A DNA stretch of 64,000 nt from Winogradskyella sp. (lineage in GTDB: Bacteria; Bacteroidota; Bacteroidia; Flavobacteriales; Flavobacteriaceae), in the NCBI RefSeq assembly GCF_028289625.1, contig NZ_JANQOM010000053.1:2023-66022 (forward strand), written 5' to 3'. The notes under the pieces are model-generated. The model was not told the origin of the DNA. It worked only from the letters and a program-made list of their open reading frames with translations, and did no database searches. Both the position numbers and the translations under genes were made by a program. Position 1 is the first letter of the stretch, and each line of letters begins with the position of its first letter. Below are positions 25,270-36,135 of the stretch, in pieces.

Positions 25270-25380
25270 GCCACAGTAACTGAAATTATACTTCCAAATA
25301 CAATGCGAAGATATTTAATTGCCAAGGATTACCCTTAAATGGCCTTAAAATTTTACGATAACGTTTTCTTTAGAGGGAGA

Positions 25381-26619
25381 TTAAGGTTTGCCCTCATTTA
25401 ATAACTCAGCCACGAAGTTTTCAAATTCGGTTTTAAACTCAGTGTATTTTTCTCCAGTAGCCGGACCATTAAAACCAGTGTGTATTTTACGAACCTTTCC
25501 CTTTTTATCAATAAAAATGGAGGTTGGGTATGATAACACATGATTCAACATCGGCAATTTTTCCTGAGCCTTGGTTTTATTCGAGGTGCCAAACTGTGCC
25601 AAAAGTATTGGGTAGTCAATACCAATTTTAGATTGTAAACGGTTAATACGGCTATATGCGGTTTCCTTATCCTTGGCATATTCAAAGGCCAAGGCAATAA
25701 ACTCAACATCCTTACCCTTGTTCTTTTGGTAATAATCAGCGTAGTATTTGCTTTCATCCAAACAGTTTGGGCACCAAGTGCCCATAATCTGTACAATGAC
25801 CACTTTGTCTTTAAATCGATAGTCCTTTAGGCTTACCATTTCATCAGACGTATTAGGGAATGTGAAATCAATACTATCGTAACCTTCCTTTAAAAAGGTA
25901 AGTTCATTAGCACTAGGCAATTCATAATTTTCATTGCGTTTGCCTACAAAAGGTTCTTTCCAGTGATTCCCAGAATAAAAAGTACCTTCCATAGTGGAAT
26001 CGCTTACTTTTGCCGTGAATAAAAAAGCATGTGCACCATCGAAGGTGGAAAGTTTCATAGTATCACCATCCATTACACCTTCAAGATAACGGTAATCACC
26101 AGTTGTGGTTCTAAAAGTACCCGTAACTTTTTCACCTTGTTGCTCAAATATCCCTTTAGCGATATATTCATCACCTTCAATACCTTGACTAAATACAGTT
26201 TCCCAAACTCCCGAGACATCAAATTCTGGCTTTGTAGATGCTTCAAATCGAAGTGCAGGGCTAGGTCTACCATATTCAGCAAAAAACGGCACTACGCGAT
26301 CTAAGCTTTCTTTAATAAAGCTTCCCTTTAGGTTATCACCATGAAATGTAGCTGCTATATAACCTTCAAATACTGGTGTAGTAATAAAAATTGAATCGTT
26401 ACGATATTCAATTTCGTCCACCTCTATGACTTCTTCGGCATTAAATATTTTTAACTTGTTTTCTGATTCTACTTCAAAAACAAAGGGTAATTCTTCATTA
26501 TCTTGAACTTCTAAAACAGCTCGGTAAGTTCCAACTTTTAACTTATTCGCTTTAGCTGTTTCATTTTTACAAGAAATCGCAATCAACACAACCAAAAGAC
26601 CTAAAAAATATCGCATCAT
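25381..26619 (-). CDS. TlpA/ResA-like thiol:disulfide oxidoreductase lipoprotein with N-terminal extra domain
   Basis: 412 aa with signal LIAISC and a thioredoxin-fold C-terminal domain with WCPNC. Confidence 0.8.
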   Translation of the reverse strand: MMRYFLGLLVVLIAISCKNETAKANKLKVGTYRAVLEVQDNEELPFVFEVESENKLKIFNAEEVIEVDEIEYRNDSIFITTPVFEGYIAATFHGDNLKGSFIKESLDRVVPFFAEYGRPSPALRFEASTKPEFDVSGVWETVFSQGIEGDEYIAKGIFEQQGEKVTGTFRTTTGDYRYLEGVMDGDTMKLSTFDGAHAFLFTAKVSDSTMEGTFYSGNHWKEPFVGKRNENYELPSANELTFLKEGYDSIDFTFPNTSDEMVSLKDYRFKDKVVIVQIMGTWCPNCLDESKYYADYYQKNKGKDVEFIALAFEYAKDKETAYSRINRLQSKIGIDYPILLAQFGTSNKTKAQEKLPMLNHVLSYPTSIFIDKKGKVRKIHTGFNGPATGEKYTEFKTEFENFVAELLNEGKP

Positions 26620-26705
26620 AATATGGGTTTGTATGAAGTTCGAAATAACAACATTTACCTTACATAAAAAAGCAAAGCTTCATTTCATTTAGCGACAAGT
26701 ATTTT

Positions 26706-26713
26706 TATCTTTG
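26706..26713 (+). promoter_or_regulatory. Bacteroidota-type -7 box (TAnnTTTG) upstream of pheT
   Basis: TATCTTTG lies 22 nt before the pheT ATG (26735). Confidence 0.4.
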
Positions 26714-26734
26714 TAGCTTCATTGAACTGAAATT

Positions 26735-29161
26735 ATGAAGATATCATTCAACTGGCTTAAGCAGTTTATAAAGATAGATTGGGACGCTGAAAAAACTGGT
26801 GAACTACTTACGGATCTTGGCTTAGAAATAGAGGGAATTGAACGTTACGAATCCGTAAAAGGTGGATTAAAAGGTGTTGTGGTTGGTGAAGTCTTAACCT
26901 GTGAGCAACATCCTAATGCCGATCGCCTAAAAGTCACCACAGTGAACATTGGAGATGACGAACCTGTACAGATTGTTTGCGGTGCGCCTAATGTTGCAGC
27001 AGGACAAAAAGTGCCTGTAGCGACTATTGGCACTACCCTATATTCTGCTGATGGTGAAGCATGGAAGATCAAAAAAGGAAAGATTCGTGGTGAGGAAAGC
27101 TTTGGTATGATTTGCGCTGAAGATGAATTAGGTCTTGGTGAATCGCACGATGGGATTATGGTTTTAGACAAAAAACTCAAAGTAGGCACACTAGCAGCGG
27201 AAATCTTCGATATTGAGAATGATGATGTCTTTGAAATTGGTTTAACACCCAATCGTGCCGATGCTATGAGCCATTATGGTGTAGCACGCGATTTGAAAGC
27301 TGGTCTGTTACAAAAAGAAATTGCGCTAGAGCTCATTACACCATCGGTAATGTCGTATCACGTAGACACAAGATCCTTAAAGATTGATGTGGACGTTAAG
27401 GACAAAGAAAAATGTCCACGCTACTGCGGAGTGACGATTTCTGGTGTTAAAGTGGAAACATCTCCTAATTGGTTGCAGCATCGACTGAAGTCCATTGGCT
27501 TATCACCCATCAACAATATTGTAGATATTACCAACTATGTGTTACACGAACTGGGGCAACCTTTGCATGCCTTTGATGCCAATAAAATTTCAGGTAATAA
27601 AGTTTTAGTAAAAACCTGCAAGACTGGTACTAAGTTTACTACACTTGATGAAACAGTTAGAGAATTACATGAGGATGATTTGATGATCTGTGATGCTGAA
27701 AAACCGATGTGCATTGCTGGTGTTTTTGGTGGTATCGATTCTGGTGTTACCGAAAATACGGTGAATATATTCCTGGAGAGTGCTTATTTTGACCCTGTGA
27801 GTATTAGAAAAACAGCCAAGCGCCATGGACTAAATACGGATGCATCATTTAGGTTTGAAAGAGGTGTTGATCCTAATATCACCGAATATGCGCTAAAACG
27901 CGCTGCTTTGTTGATAACTGAAATTGCTGGTGGGGAAATTACAAGTGATATTTCGGATGCTTACCCAAATAAAATCGAAGATTTTCAAGTGCGCTTAAGT
28001 TTTGAGAATGCTAAGAAATTAATTGGTGAAGAGATTCCTAGAGAGACCATCAAAAGTATTTTAACATCCTTAGAAATAAAAGTGAATAACGTTACTGAAA
28101 CCGGATTAGGACTTACTGTACCGGCTTACAGAAATGACGTACAGCGCGAAGCTGATATTATTGAGGAAATCCTAAGAATTTACGGTTATAATAACATCGG
28201 CACCACTGAAAAACTAAATGCTTCCATATCCAATTCCAATAGATTTGAAGACTATAAACTTCAGAATGTGATTGGCAATCAGCTAGCCTCACAAGGCTTT
28301 TATGAGATTATGGCAAACTCTTTAACGTCCCCTAAATACATTGAATTAAGTGAGGATTTACAATCAGAACACAATGTTCAGATATTAAATCCGTTAAGTA
28401 ATGATTTGGAAGTGATGCGCCAGTCGCTATTATTCTCTGGGTTAGAAGCGGTATCTCACAACATCAATAGAAAGCGTAATGACTTAAAGCTATTTGAATT
28501 TGGTAAAACATATCATCAATACTCAGAAAACCGCAAAGAGCACAAACACTTATCGCTATTTGTTTCTGGAAATAAAACCGAAAAACGTTGGAATTCTGAA
28601 ACAAAATCTAGCAACTTTTTCTATCTAAAAGGGATTATTGAAACTGTTTTACAGCGTTTAGGTTTAAACCGTTTAAAATCTGCACCAACCAATTCTGGGG
28701 TTTTAAGTGAAGGGATGAGCCTTTCACTTGGAAAGAAAACCTTGGTCAATTTTGGATTGGTAAAGAAATCAGTGTTGAAACACTTTGGCATTTCGCAAAA
28801 TGTACTATTTGCCGATTTTAATTGGGACAATGTCTTGGAAATGGCACAGCATAACAAGATTAAGTTTAGTGAGATTCCGAAATATCCTGAAGTACGCAGG
28901 GATTTTGCACTATTGCTAGACAATGCTGTGACTTTTGAAGATATCCACACCATAGCTAAACAAACTGAAAAACAATTGCTTAAAAATGTAAATTTATTTG
29001 ATGTTTACGAAGGCAAGAACCTACCTGCTGGTAAAAAGAGTTATGCGGTGAGCTTCACCTTACAAGACGAACATAAAACCTTAACTGATAAACAGATTGA
29101 TAAGATAATGTCTAAGCTACAGGCTAATTTTGAATCCAAGCTTGGTGCAGAATTACGATAA
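26735..29161 (+). CDS. pheT: phenylalanine--tRNA ligase beta subunit
   Basis: 808 aa. MKISFNWLKQF N-terminus, tRNA-binding domain, B3/4, B5 and FDX-ACB domains in the canonical order. Confidence 0.97.
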   Translation: MKISFNWLKQFIKIDWDAEKTGELLTDLGLEIEGIERYESVKGGLKGVVVGEVLTCEQHPNADRLKVTTVNIGDDEPVQIVCGAPNVAAGQKVPVATIGTTLYSADGEAWKIKKGKIRGEESFGMICAEDELGLGESHDGIMVLDKKLKVGTLAAEIFDIENDDVFEIGLTPNRADAMSHYGVARDLKAGLLQKEIALELITPSVMSYHVDTRSLKIDVDVKDKEKCPRYCGVTISGVKVETSPNWLQHRLKSIGLSPINNIVDITNYVLHELGQPLHAFDANKISGNKVLVKTCKTGTKFTTLDETVRELHEDDLMICDAEKPMCIAGVFGGIDSGVTENTVNIFLESAYFDPVSIRKTAKRHGLNTDASFRFERGVDPNITEYALKRAALLITEIAGGEITSDISDAYPNKIEDFQVRLSFENAKKLIGEEIPRETIKSILTSLEIKVNNVTETGLGLTVPAYRNDVQREADIIEEILRIYGYNNIGTTEKLNASISNSNRFEDYKLQNVIGNQLASQGFYEIMANSLTSPKYIELSEDLQSEHNVQILNPLSNDLEVMRQSLLFSGLEAVSHNINRKRNDLKLFEFGKTYHQYSENRKEHKHLSLFVSGNKTEKRWNSETKSSNFFYLKGIIETVLQRLGLNRLKSAPTNSGVLSEGMSLSLGKKTLVNFGLVKKSVLKHFGISQNVLFADFNWDNVLEMAQHNKIKFSEIPKYPEVRRDFALLLDNAVTFEDIHTIAKQTEKQLLKNVNLFDVYEGKNLPAGKKSYAVSFTLQDEHKTLTDKQIDKIMSKLQANFESKLGAELR

Positions 29162-29231
29162 ACATTATCATTTTCTTTACACTTATCACAAACCCTTTTT
29201 TTATTTTTAACAAAACTTAAAACATCAAAAA

Positions 29232-29732
29232 ATGGCAAATGTAACACTTGGAGGTACTCCAGTAGAAACAATAGGAAACTTACCGGCAATTGGTAGCAAA
29301 GCACCTGATTTTAAACTCACAGGTACGGATTTAACAGACAAAACCAACGCTGATTATACAGATGTACGATTGGTATTAAACATTTTCCCAAGTGTTGATA
29401 CTGGTACTTGCGCACAATCTATAAGGACATTCAACGAAAAGGCAAGTCAATTAGATAACACTAAAGTATTATGCATTTCGAAAGACCTTCCTTTTGCTAT
29501 GGCGCGCTTTTGTGGTGCCGAAGGTATAGAAAATGTAGAGAGCTTATCTGATTATAAAACAGGTCAGTTCGGTAATGACTACGGATTAACGTTTACCACT
29601 GGTGCCTTTGAAACATTACTATCGCGATGTATCGTTGTTATTGATACAGACGGTACGATTCTACATACGGAACAGGTTTCTGAAATTGCAGATGAACCTA
29701 ACTATGATGCTGCTATTGAGAGTCTAGCATAA
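29232..29732 (+). CDS. tpx: thiol peroxidase (atypical 2-Cys peroxiredoxin)
   Basis: 166 aa. MANVTLGGTPV start, FPSVDTGTCA peroxidatic Cys and FCGAEG resolving Cys. Confidence 0.93.
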   Translation: MANVTLGGTPVETIGNLPAIGSKAPDFKLTGTDLTDKTNADYTDVRLVLNIFPSVDTGTCAQSIRTFNEKASQLDNTKVLCISKDLPFAMARFCGAEGIENVESLSDYKTGQFGNDYGLTFTTGAFETLLSRCIVVIDTDGTILHTEQVSEIADEPNYDAAIESLA

Positions 29733-29738
29733 CTTTTT

Positions 29739-30107
29739 ATGCAAAAAAAAGAACCCTTTATTGTCAATAGGCTTAAAAGTGTAGGTTTTGCCTTTAAGGG
29801 CATGCTCATTCTTATAAGAACAGAGTCTAGCATAAAAACACAAGTCCTTATTGCTATTGCCGTGACTATTGCTGGTTTTTATTTTGAGATTTCTTCAACG
29901 GAATGGATGGTACAAATCGCTATGATAGGATTGGTTATGAGTATAGAAGGTGTTAATACAGCGGTTGAATATATAGCGGATTTTATTCATCCCGATCATC
30001 ATCCAAAAATTGGACTAATTAAAGATATCTCTGCTGGTGCAGTTTTTATTGCCGCTGTAGTTGCTGTTATCGTTGGCTGTATCATCTATTTTCCTAAACT
30101 TTTTTAA
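29739..30107 (+). CDS. dgkA: diacylglycerol kinase (DgkA family, 3 TM)
   Basis: 122 aa. RLKSVGFAFKG, EGVNTAVEYIAD and IKDISAGAV motifs. Confidence 0.85.
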   Translation: MQKKEPFIVNRLKSVGFAFKGMLILIRTESSIKTQVLIAIAVTIAGFYFEISSTEWMVQIAMIGLVMSIEGVNTAVEYIADFIHPDHHPKIGLIKDISAGAVFIAAVVAVIVGCIIYFPKLF

Positions 30108-30180
30108 TACCAAAACCATTCAAATAAACGTTACAAAAGAGTGGCTTTATTCCACTTTTAATTTAATAGTACATCTTAAA

Positions 30181-30954
30181 ATGAAGTTGTTGGTGCTAAT
30201 TCTTTTTCTAGGCTATTTCTTAATGGGTTGCAATGCTAAAACTAAAGATACTGTTATCATCGAGACTATTGAAATAACCAAGGATACTATAGATACTATC
30301 GAAAAAGACACTTTGAATATCTCAAAGGATTTTGTTTTAGGGAAATTCGATTACAAAGTTGATTCTACATTTGTAAAGGTGAGCACAAAGTATGCAAACA
30401 AAACGATTTATTTAAAAGACGAAGTTTACAGAGCGTTTCTGCAAATGTGTGATGCTGCTACCAAAGACGGTATTTCATTCAAAATCATTTCTGGAACTCG
30501 GAATTTTTATGAACAAAAAGCGATTTGGAAACGCAAATGGAGTGCGTATAAAAATCTTAATCCAAAAGAACGTGCTTTGAAAATTTTGGAATATAGCTCT
30601 ATGCCTAGTACATCGCGACATCACTGGGGAACTGATATTGATTTGAATAGTTTAAATAATTCGTATTTTAACAGCGGAAAAGGATTAAAAGAGCACAAAT
30701 GGTTAATGGCTAATGCCAATAGTTTTGGTTTTTATCAAGTTTATACTGAGAAAACTAATGGTAGAACGGGATACCAATTAGAAAAATGGCATTGGTCGTA
30801 TTTACCTTTAGCAAGTCAATATCTAGCATTTTACAATGCCAATATTGGCGAAAAGGATATATCAGGATTTAAAGGCTCGGAATTAGTCTCGCAGCTTCAT
30901 ATCATTGAAAATTATGTGAATGGCATTTCTGAAAAAGCGATAAATTATAATTAA
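30181..30954 (+). CDS. M15-family D-alanyl-D-alanine carboxypeptidase (VanY-like) lipoprotein
   Basis: ORF 30061..30954 trimmed to the ATG at 30181, which gives signal FLMGC. SxHxxGxAxD-like SRHHWGTDIDL and EKWHWSY motifs. Confidence 0.75.
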   Translation: MKLLVLILFLGYFLMGCNAKTKDTVIIETIEITKDTIDTIEKDTLNISKDFVLGKFDYKVDSTFVKVSTKYANKTIYLKDEVYRAFLQMCDAATKDGISFKIISGTRNFYEQKAIWKRKWSAYKNLNPKERALKILEYSSMPSTSRHHWGTDIDLNSLNNSYFNSGKGLKEHKWLMANANSFGFYQVYTEKTNGRTGYQLEKWHWSYLPLASQYLAFYNANIGEKDISGFKGSELVSQLHIIENYVNGISEKAINYN

Positions 30955-30979
30955 ACTTCCGTTTTGTTGGAAGATATAT

Positions 30980-33391
30980 ATGGCAAAAAAAACAACTAAA
31001 AAGCAAAGAGCTACCAAAGCAAAGGCTAAGCCCAAAACAAGATTAAGAAAGCCTTCTTTTAAGTTATCAAATCAACAGAAGCTTATTTTTGGAAGCTTAT
31101 TGATTATACTGGGTGTTCTACTTTTTATCTCGTTTTTATCTTTCATTTTCACTGGGAAGGAAGATCAAAGTGCACTCAGCACTTTCCCAGAACGCTCAGA
31201 CGCTTATAAAAACTGGGCAAGTCAATTGGGCGCCTGGATTAGCGAACTATTTATAAGTAAGGGATTTGGTTTACCTTCGTTTATATTCTCAGGTTTAATT
31301 TTTCTGTCAGGTGTTTATGTTACTCTAAATCTAAAGAAAACAAAACTAAGAAAGCATTGGGTTTGGGGAACTCTAATTGTTATATGGCTCTCTATATTCT
31401 TTGGTTTTTTTACTCACAAATACGATATGTTAGGTGGTACCATAGGTTTTGAAATGAATCATTTCTTTCAAGATTATATAGGTAAAATTGGCACTGCTTT
31501 ATTATTGTTATTTGGACTTATTGCCTATTTAGCAATTAGGTTTAAGGTTACTGGTGATACCTTTGTCAATATATTTCGCAGTGCCAAAAAAGATTTGAAG
31601 AATGACTCGTCTTTAAATTCTGAAAATGAACAACCGCCTATTGTTGTCGATAACAGTCTTACCGAAGAAGCTGAAGCTATAAAATCTGCGTTTGAAATTC
31701 AACTCGACAAACAAGAACCAACAATAAGCAACCACTCTAAACCTAAAGAGGGTACTGAAAGTCTTAAGATAGAGATCGATAAAAAAGCAATTGACACATC
31801 AGGTTTAAAGGTTGAAGTTGAAGCGGTCGCTGAGGAAAAGTCTGAAACGGACAATCTTGCGGATAAATTGGTTGAAGATTTTGGACAATTTGATCCTACA
31901 CTGGAATTGAGCAACTATCAATTTCCACATTTAGACTTACTCAAAAAATATGATAATGAAGGTATTTCTATTGACCAAGAAGAGCTTGAAGAAAATAAAA
32001 ATCGTATTGTAGAAACCTTAAACAATTATAAAATAGGGATTACAAGCATTAAAGCGACTATTGGCCCAACGGTGACGCTTTATGAAATCGTTCCGGATGC
32101 AGGAATTCGAATTTCAAAAATTAAAAACCTTGAGGATGATATTGCTTTATCCCTTTCGGCATTGGGAATCAGAATCATTGCACCTATTCCTGGCAAAGGT
32201 ACTATTGGTATTGAAGTTCCTAATAAAAAAGCCACCATTGTCTCTATGCGTTCGGTGATAGCCTCTCAGAAGTTTCAGCAATCCAAAATGCAGTTACCAA
32301 TTGCCTTTGGTAAGACCATTAGCAATGAAACCTTTGTCGTTGATTTAGCCAAAATGCCACATTTGCTTATGGCTGGAGCCACAGGGCAAGGAAAATCTGT
32401 TGGTTTAAATGCTGTATTAACATCACTGTTGTATAAAAAACATCCGGCGGAAGTAAAGTTTGTACTTGTCGACCCAAAGAAAGTGGAGTTGACTTTATTC
32501 AATAAGATAGAACGTCACTATTTAGCTAAGCTTCCAGATAGCGAAGACGCCATAATTACCGATAATACCAAGGTTATAAATACACTGAATTCGTTGTGTA
32601 TTGAGATGGACAATCGCTATGATATGCTCAAAAATGCATTTTGTAGAAACATTGCAGAGTATAATGCCAAGTTTAAAGCTCGAAAACTTAATCCAAATGA
32701 CGGTCATAAGTTTTTGCCCTACATTGTACTAGTAGTTGATGAATTTGCTGACCTTATCATGACTGCTGGCAAGGAGGTAGAAACACCAATCGCTAGATTA
32801 GCGCAATTGGCACGTGCCATTGGCATCCACCTTATTATCGCTACACAGCGCCCTTCGGTAAATGTCATTACAGGTATTATAAAAGCGAATTTTCCGGCAC
32901 GTATCGCATTTAGAGTGACTAGTAAAATTGATTCGCGTACCATCTTGGATGGTTCTGGCGCAGATCAGTTGATTGGTCGTGGTGATATGCTCTATACGCA
33001 GGGTAACGACTTAATACGACTTCAATGTGCGTTTGTAGATACACCAGAAGTTGAAAGAATTACAGAGTTTATTGGCAGTCAAAAAGCGTATCCAGATGCA
33101 CATTTATTACCAGAATATGTTGGTGAAGAGGGTGGCACAAATCTTGATATAGATATCTCAGATAGAGATAAGTTATTTAGGGAGGCCGCAGAAATCATTG
33201 TGACAGCACAACAAGGTTCGGCTTCTTTATTGCAACGTAAACTAAAACTGGGTTATAACAGAGCAGGAAGATTAATAGATCAATTAGAAGCCGCAGGTAT
33301 AGTTGGTCCTTTTGAAGGTAGTAAAGCTAGGCAGGTATTAGTGCCAGATTTAGTAGCTTTGGATCAATTATTAGAAAATGAAAAACCATAA
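30980..33391 (+). CDS. ftsK: DNA translocase FtsK/SpoIIIE
   Basis: 803 aa with N-terminal TM helices, Walker A GATGQGKS, Walker B VLVVDEFADL and a C-terminal gamma wHTH domain (LLQRKLKLGYNRAGRLIDQLE). Confidence 0.95.
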   Translation: MAKKTTKKQRATKAKAKPKTRLRKPSFKLSNQQKLIFGSLLIILGVLLFISFLSFIFTGKEDQSALSTFPERSDAYKNWASQLGAWISELFISKGFGLPSFIFSGLIFLSGVYVTLNLKKTKLRKHWVWGTLIVIWLSIFFGFFTHKYDMLGGTIGFEMNHFFQDYIGKIGTALLLLFGLIAYLAIRFKVTGDTFVNIFRSAKKDLKNDSSLNSENEQPPIVVDNSLTEEAEAIKSAFEIQLDKQEPTISNHSKPKEGTESLKIEIDKKAIDTSGLKVEVEAVAEEKSETDNLADKLVEDFGQFDPTLELSNYQFPHLDLLKKYDNEGISIDQEELEENKNRIVETLNNYKIGITSIKATIGPTVTLYEIVPDAGIRISKIKNLEDDIALSLSALGIRIIAPIPGKGTIGIEVPNKKATIVSMRSVIASQKFQQSKMQLPIAFGKTISNETFVVDLAKMPHLLMAGATGQGKSVGLNAVLTSLLYKKHPAEVKFVLVDPKKVELTLFNKIERHYLAKLPDSEDAIITDNTKVINTLNSLCIEMDNRYDMLKNAFCRNIAEYNAKFKARKLNPNDGHKFLPYIVLVVDEFADLIMTAGKEVETPIARLAQLARAIGIHLIIATQRPSVNVITGIIKANFPARIAFRVTSKIDSRTILDGSGADQLIGRGDMLYTQGNDLIRLQCAFVDTPEVERITEFIGSQKAYPDAHLLPEYVGEEGGTNLDIDISDRDKLFREAAEIIVTAQQGSASLLQRKLKLGYNRAGRLIDQLEAAGIVGPFEGSKARQVLVPDLVALDQLLENEKP

Positions 33392-33413
33392 CATTACAAC
33401 ATAGACAAACAAA

Positions 33414-34103
33414 ATGAAATCTAAGATTCACAAACGCAATAAGAAAAATAGAAATCTTGTGAGTAAAAGAGTATTTATTCTAGTATTTTTAGGATTAGGA
33501 ATGATAGGTTTTGCCCAGAGTGATGCAAAAGCAGAGGCTCTACTTGATGAGGTAGGCAGCAAAATCAAAACTTATAGAAACATAAGTTTGGACTTTAAAT
33601 ACGAGCTTAATAATGTAAGCGAAAACATTAAGCAAGAGACAAGAGGTGATGTAGTTATTGAAGGAGAAAAGTACAAGCTTAATATTTTGGGAGTAACTAG
33701 AATTTATGATGGTAAGACCTTATATACAATAAGTCCTGAAGATGAAGAAGTTACCATTTCATCAGATAACACGGAAGATGAAGGTACTATAACTCCGAGT
33801 AAAATGTTATCATTTTATGAAGAAGGTTATACATTTAAAATGGATATCGTTCAAAATGTAAAAGGCCGAAAGATTCAATACGTTAAATTGAGTCCTATGG
33901 ATACCAATTCTGAAATAAAACATGTGTTATTGGGTATTGATGCAACTACCAAACACATCTACAATCTTATTGAAGTCGGTAAAAATGGAACGAAAACAAC
34001 ATTAACTGTTAATTCTTTTCAAACCGATCAGCCTATCTCAAAAACCTTATTTACATTTGACGAAAGTAAATACCAAGATTACTTTATAAACAGAATCGAT
34101 TAA
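33414..34103 (+). CDS. LolA-like outer-membrane lipoprotein carrier protein
   Basis: 229 aa with a signal peptide. Follows ftsK as in many Bacteroidota. LolA-like beta fold suggested by the sequence pattern. Confidence 0.65.
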   Translation: MKSKIHKRNKKNRNLVSKRVFILVFLGLGMIGFAQSDAKAEALLDEVGSKIKTYRNISLDFKYELNNVSENIKQETRGDVVIEGEKYKLNILGVTRIYDGKTLYTISPEDEEVTISSDNTEDEGTITPSKMLSFYEEGYTFKMDIVQNVKGRKIQYVKLSPMDTNSEIKHVLLGIDATTKHIYNLIEVGKNGTKTTLTVNSFQTDQPISKTLFTFDESKYQDYFINRID

Positions 34104-34121
34104 GGTTTTAAACGCTTATAT

Positions 34122-36104
34122 GTGAAAATACTTGATAGGTACATACTTATCACATTTTTAAGGACGTTTTTTAGCGTCTTTATTATATTCATGTTCATCT
34201 TTGTACTGCAAGGGGTTTGGCTCTATATTTCTGAACTCGCTGGCAAAGACTTGGATATTTCTGTTACAGCTAAATTCATTCTGTATTATATCCCAAAACT
34301 TATTCCCTTGGTGGTGCCCTTAACGATTTTATTATCGTCCATAATGGTATTTGGGAATTTTGCCGAGAATTATGAGTTTGCAGCAATGAAATCCACAGGG
34401 ATTTCTCTACAACGTGCCATGCGAAGTCTCAGTGTTTTTATCTTTGCTCTTGGTGTAGCTTGCTTCTTTTTTGCAAACAACGTTATTCCTTGGGGAGAGT
34501 ATAATTTTTACAACTTAAGAAGAAATATTGCTAAGGTAAAGCCTGCTTTAGCAATTGCCGAAGGACAGTTTAACGAAATTGGCAACATTAACATAAAGGT
34601 TAATAAAAAATCTGGAGATAGAGGCCAATATCTCGAAGGCGTCGTAATGCATCAAAAGAGTTCGTCAAGATCAGGAAATTATAAAGTAATAGTTTCAGAA
34701 AAAGGGGAACTAATTAGCACAACAGATTCGAATATTTTACAATTACAATTAATCAATGGTAATTACTATGAAGAAATTGTAAATAGAGATGCACGCAAAA
34801 ATCAAAATAAACCTCATGCCAAAAGCTATTTCGACACCTATACCATTAATGTTGATTTAGAAATCTTAAACTCTGAAGATCTTGATGAAAAAAATTATAA
34901 GGATCGTTATAGTATGTTGACGATTCAACAACTCACTAAACAAATAGATACCTTAAAAAAGGAAAGGGATAAAGATTATGGGGCTTTATCTACTACGCTT
35001 TATAATCGTACCACTTATAAATCACTTAACCGCAATATTAAAAAAGCAAAAAAAGACACTTTGTACACTGGTGAAATCCTTGATCTATTCGGTGCAAATA
35101 ACAAAGTTCAAATTGTAAATTTAGCTATAAATTCAGCAAACAGTACAACTCAAATTTTAGAGTCCAATAAGAAAAATTTTGAGTCTAAAACTATTTGGTT
35201 AAATAAACATATTATTTCATTTCATGATAAGTTTGTATTAGCTTTTGCATGTATTATACTATTTTTTGTGGGAGCGCCATTAGGTGCATTAATCCGTAAA
35301 GGGGGAATAGGTTTGCCTATGGTTATTGCCATAGTATTATTTTTAACCTATCATTTCTTTGGAATCTTTGCCAAGAATAGTGCAGAAAAAGGGAGCTTTA
35401 GTCCCATAATTGGCGCTTGGCTCTCAACAGCAGTAATGTTACCTTTAAGTATCTACTTAACTACAAGAGCTACCAATGATAAAGGTGTCTTTCAGTTTGA
35501 TGCTATTTTAGTACCATTAAAACGAGCATTCACACCAAAAAACAGATTACAACTTTCAGAAAGTGAAACCAAATCCTATAACTATTACAAAAGGTATTCG
35601 GTTGAAGAATTGGTAAACGTTATTAAACAGCAAGGTGAATATGACCTCGATAAAAAACCTAAGGAAATAGCGCTACATAACTTATTGAATAGAAATATTC
35701 CACTCGAAAAATTAATGGAAGAAGGACTAGATGTCGATAAAAAACTTATTCGTGGAAAGCATTTATTAAAAGATTATAAAGATTACTCAAAAACAAGCTT
35801 AGTCAGCTTTATTGTTGGAGGAGCTTTGCTGGGATTACACTTTATTTTTAAAAACAATAAATTACCTGTAGCAGCTGATGCTTCGCTTAGCTTAAGTATA
35901 ATAGCCTTTATCTTTTTTGCCATTTATGTCGTTGTTGATGCTTATGTTTATTCAAATTTTTATAAAACCATTGGTCAAAAAGACAAGCGTATCAACCCAT
36001 TTCTTTTAATATTATCGCTACCACTCTATCCATTAAAGTATATTATTCTTAGAAATAAGATAGAGCACGACTTCTATCAAAGTTGTATTCAGAATATAAA
36101 ATAA
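34122..36104 (+). CDS. LptF/LptG (YjgP/YjgQ) family permease with C-terminal extension
   Basis: 660 aa with a GTG start. N-terminus MKILDRYI is typical of the family. TM helices flank a periplasmic domain. Confidence 0.8.
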   Translation: MKILDRYILITFLRTFFSVFIIFMFIFVLQGVWLYISELAGKDLDISVTAKFILYYIPKLIPLVVPLTILLSSIMVFGNFAENYEFAAMKSTGISLQRAMRSLSVFIFALGVACFFFANNVIPWGEYNFYNLRRNIAKVKPALAIAEGQFNEIGNINIKVNKKSGDRGQYLEGVVMHQKSSSRSGNYKVIVSEKGELISTTDSNILQLQLINGNYYEEIVNRDARKNQNKPHAKSYFDTYTINVDLEILNSEDLDEKNYKDRYSMLTIQQLTKQIDTLKKERDKDYGALSTTLYNRTTYKSLNRNIKKAKKDTLYTGEILDLFGANNKVQIVNLAINSANSTTQILESNKKNFESKTIWLNKHIISFHDKFVLAFACIILFFVGAPLGALIRKGGIGLPMVIAIVLFLTYHFFGIFAKNSAEKGSFSPIIGAWLSTAVMLPLSIYLTTRATNDKGVFQFDAILVPLKRAFTPKNRLQLSESETKSYNYYKRYSVEELVNVIKQQGEYDLDKKPKEIALHNLLNRNIPLEKLMEEGLDVDKKLIRGKHLLKDYKDYSKTSLVSFIVGGALLGLHFIFKNNKLPVAADASLSLSIIAFIFFAIYVVVDAYVYSNFYKTIGQKDKRINPFLLILSLPLYPLKYIILRNKIEHDFYQSCIQNIK

Positions 36105-36107
36105 GCG

Positions 36108-36115
36108 TATCTTTG
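36108..36115 (+). promoter_or_regulatory. Bacteroidota-type -7 box upstream of ribBA
   Basis: TATCTTTG lies 20 nt before the ATG at 36136. Confidence 0.4.
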
Positions 36116-36135
36116 CTACGTATAAATCCATTGTG

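Noticed and set aside
26845-28953. Antisense ORFs inside pheT (26845..27252, 28621..28953). The same applies to antisense ORFs inside ftsK, ribBA, the SLC13 gene, DegT, the PLP enzyme, MATE, pckA and others
   Set aside because: They are embedded antisense in strongly supported conserved genes and have biased, low-complexity translations. These are typical shadow ORFs.
36105-36135. FMN riboswitch upstream of ribBA
   Set aside because: Only ~30 nt separate the previous stop from the ribBA start. There is room for a -7 box but not for an RFN element.
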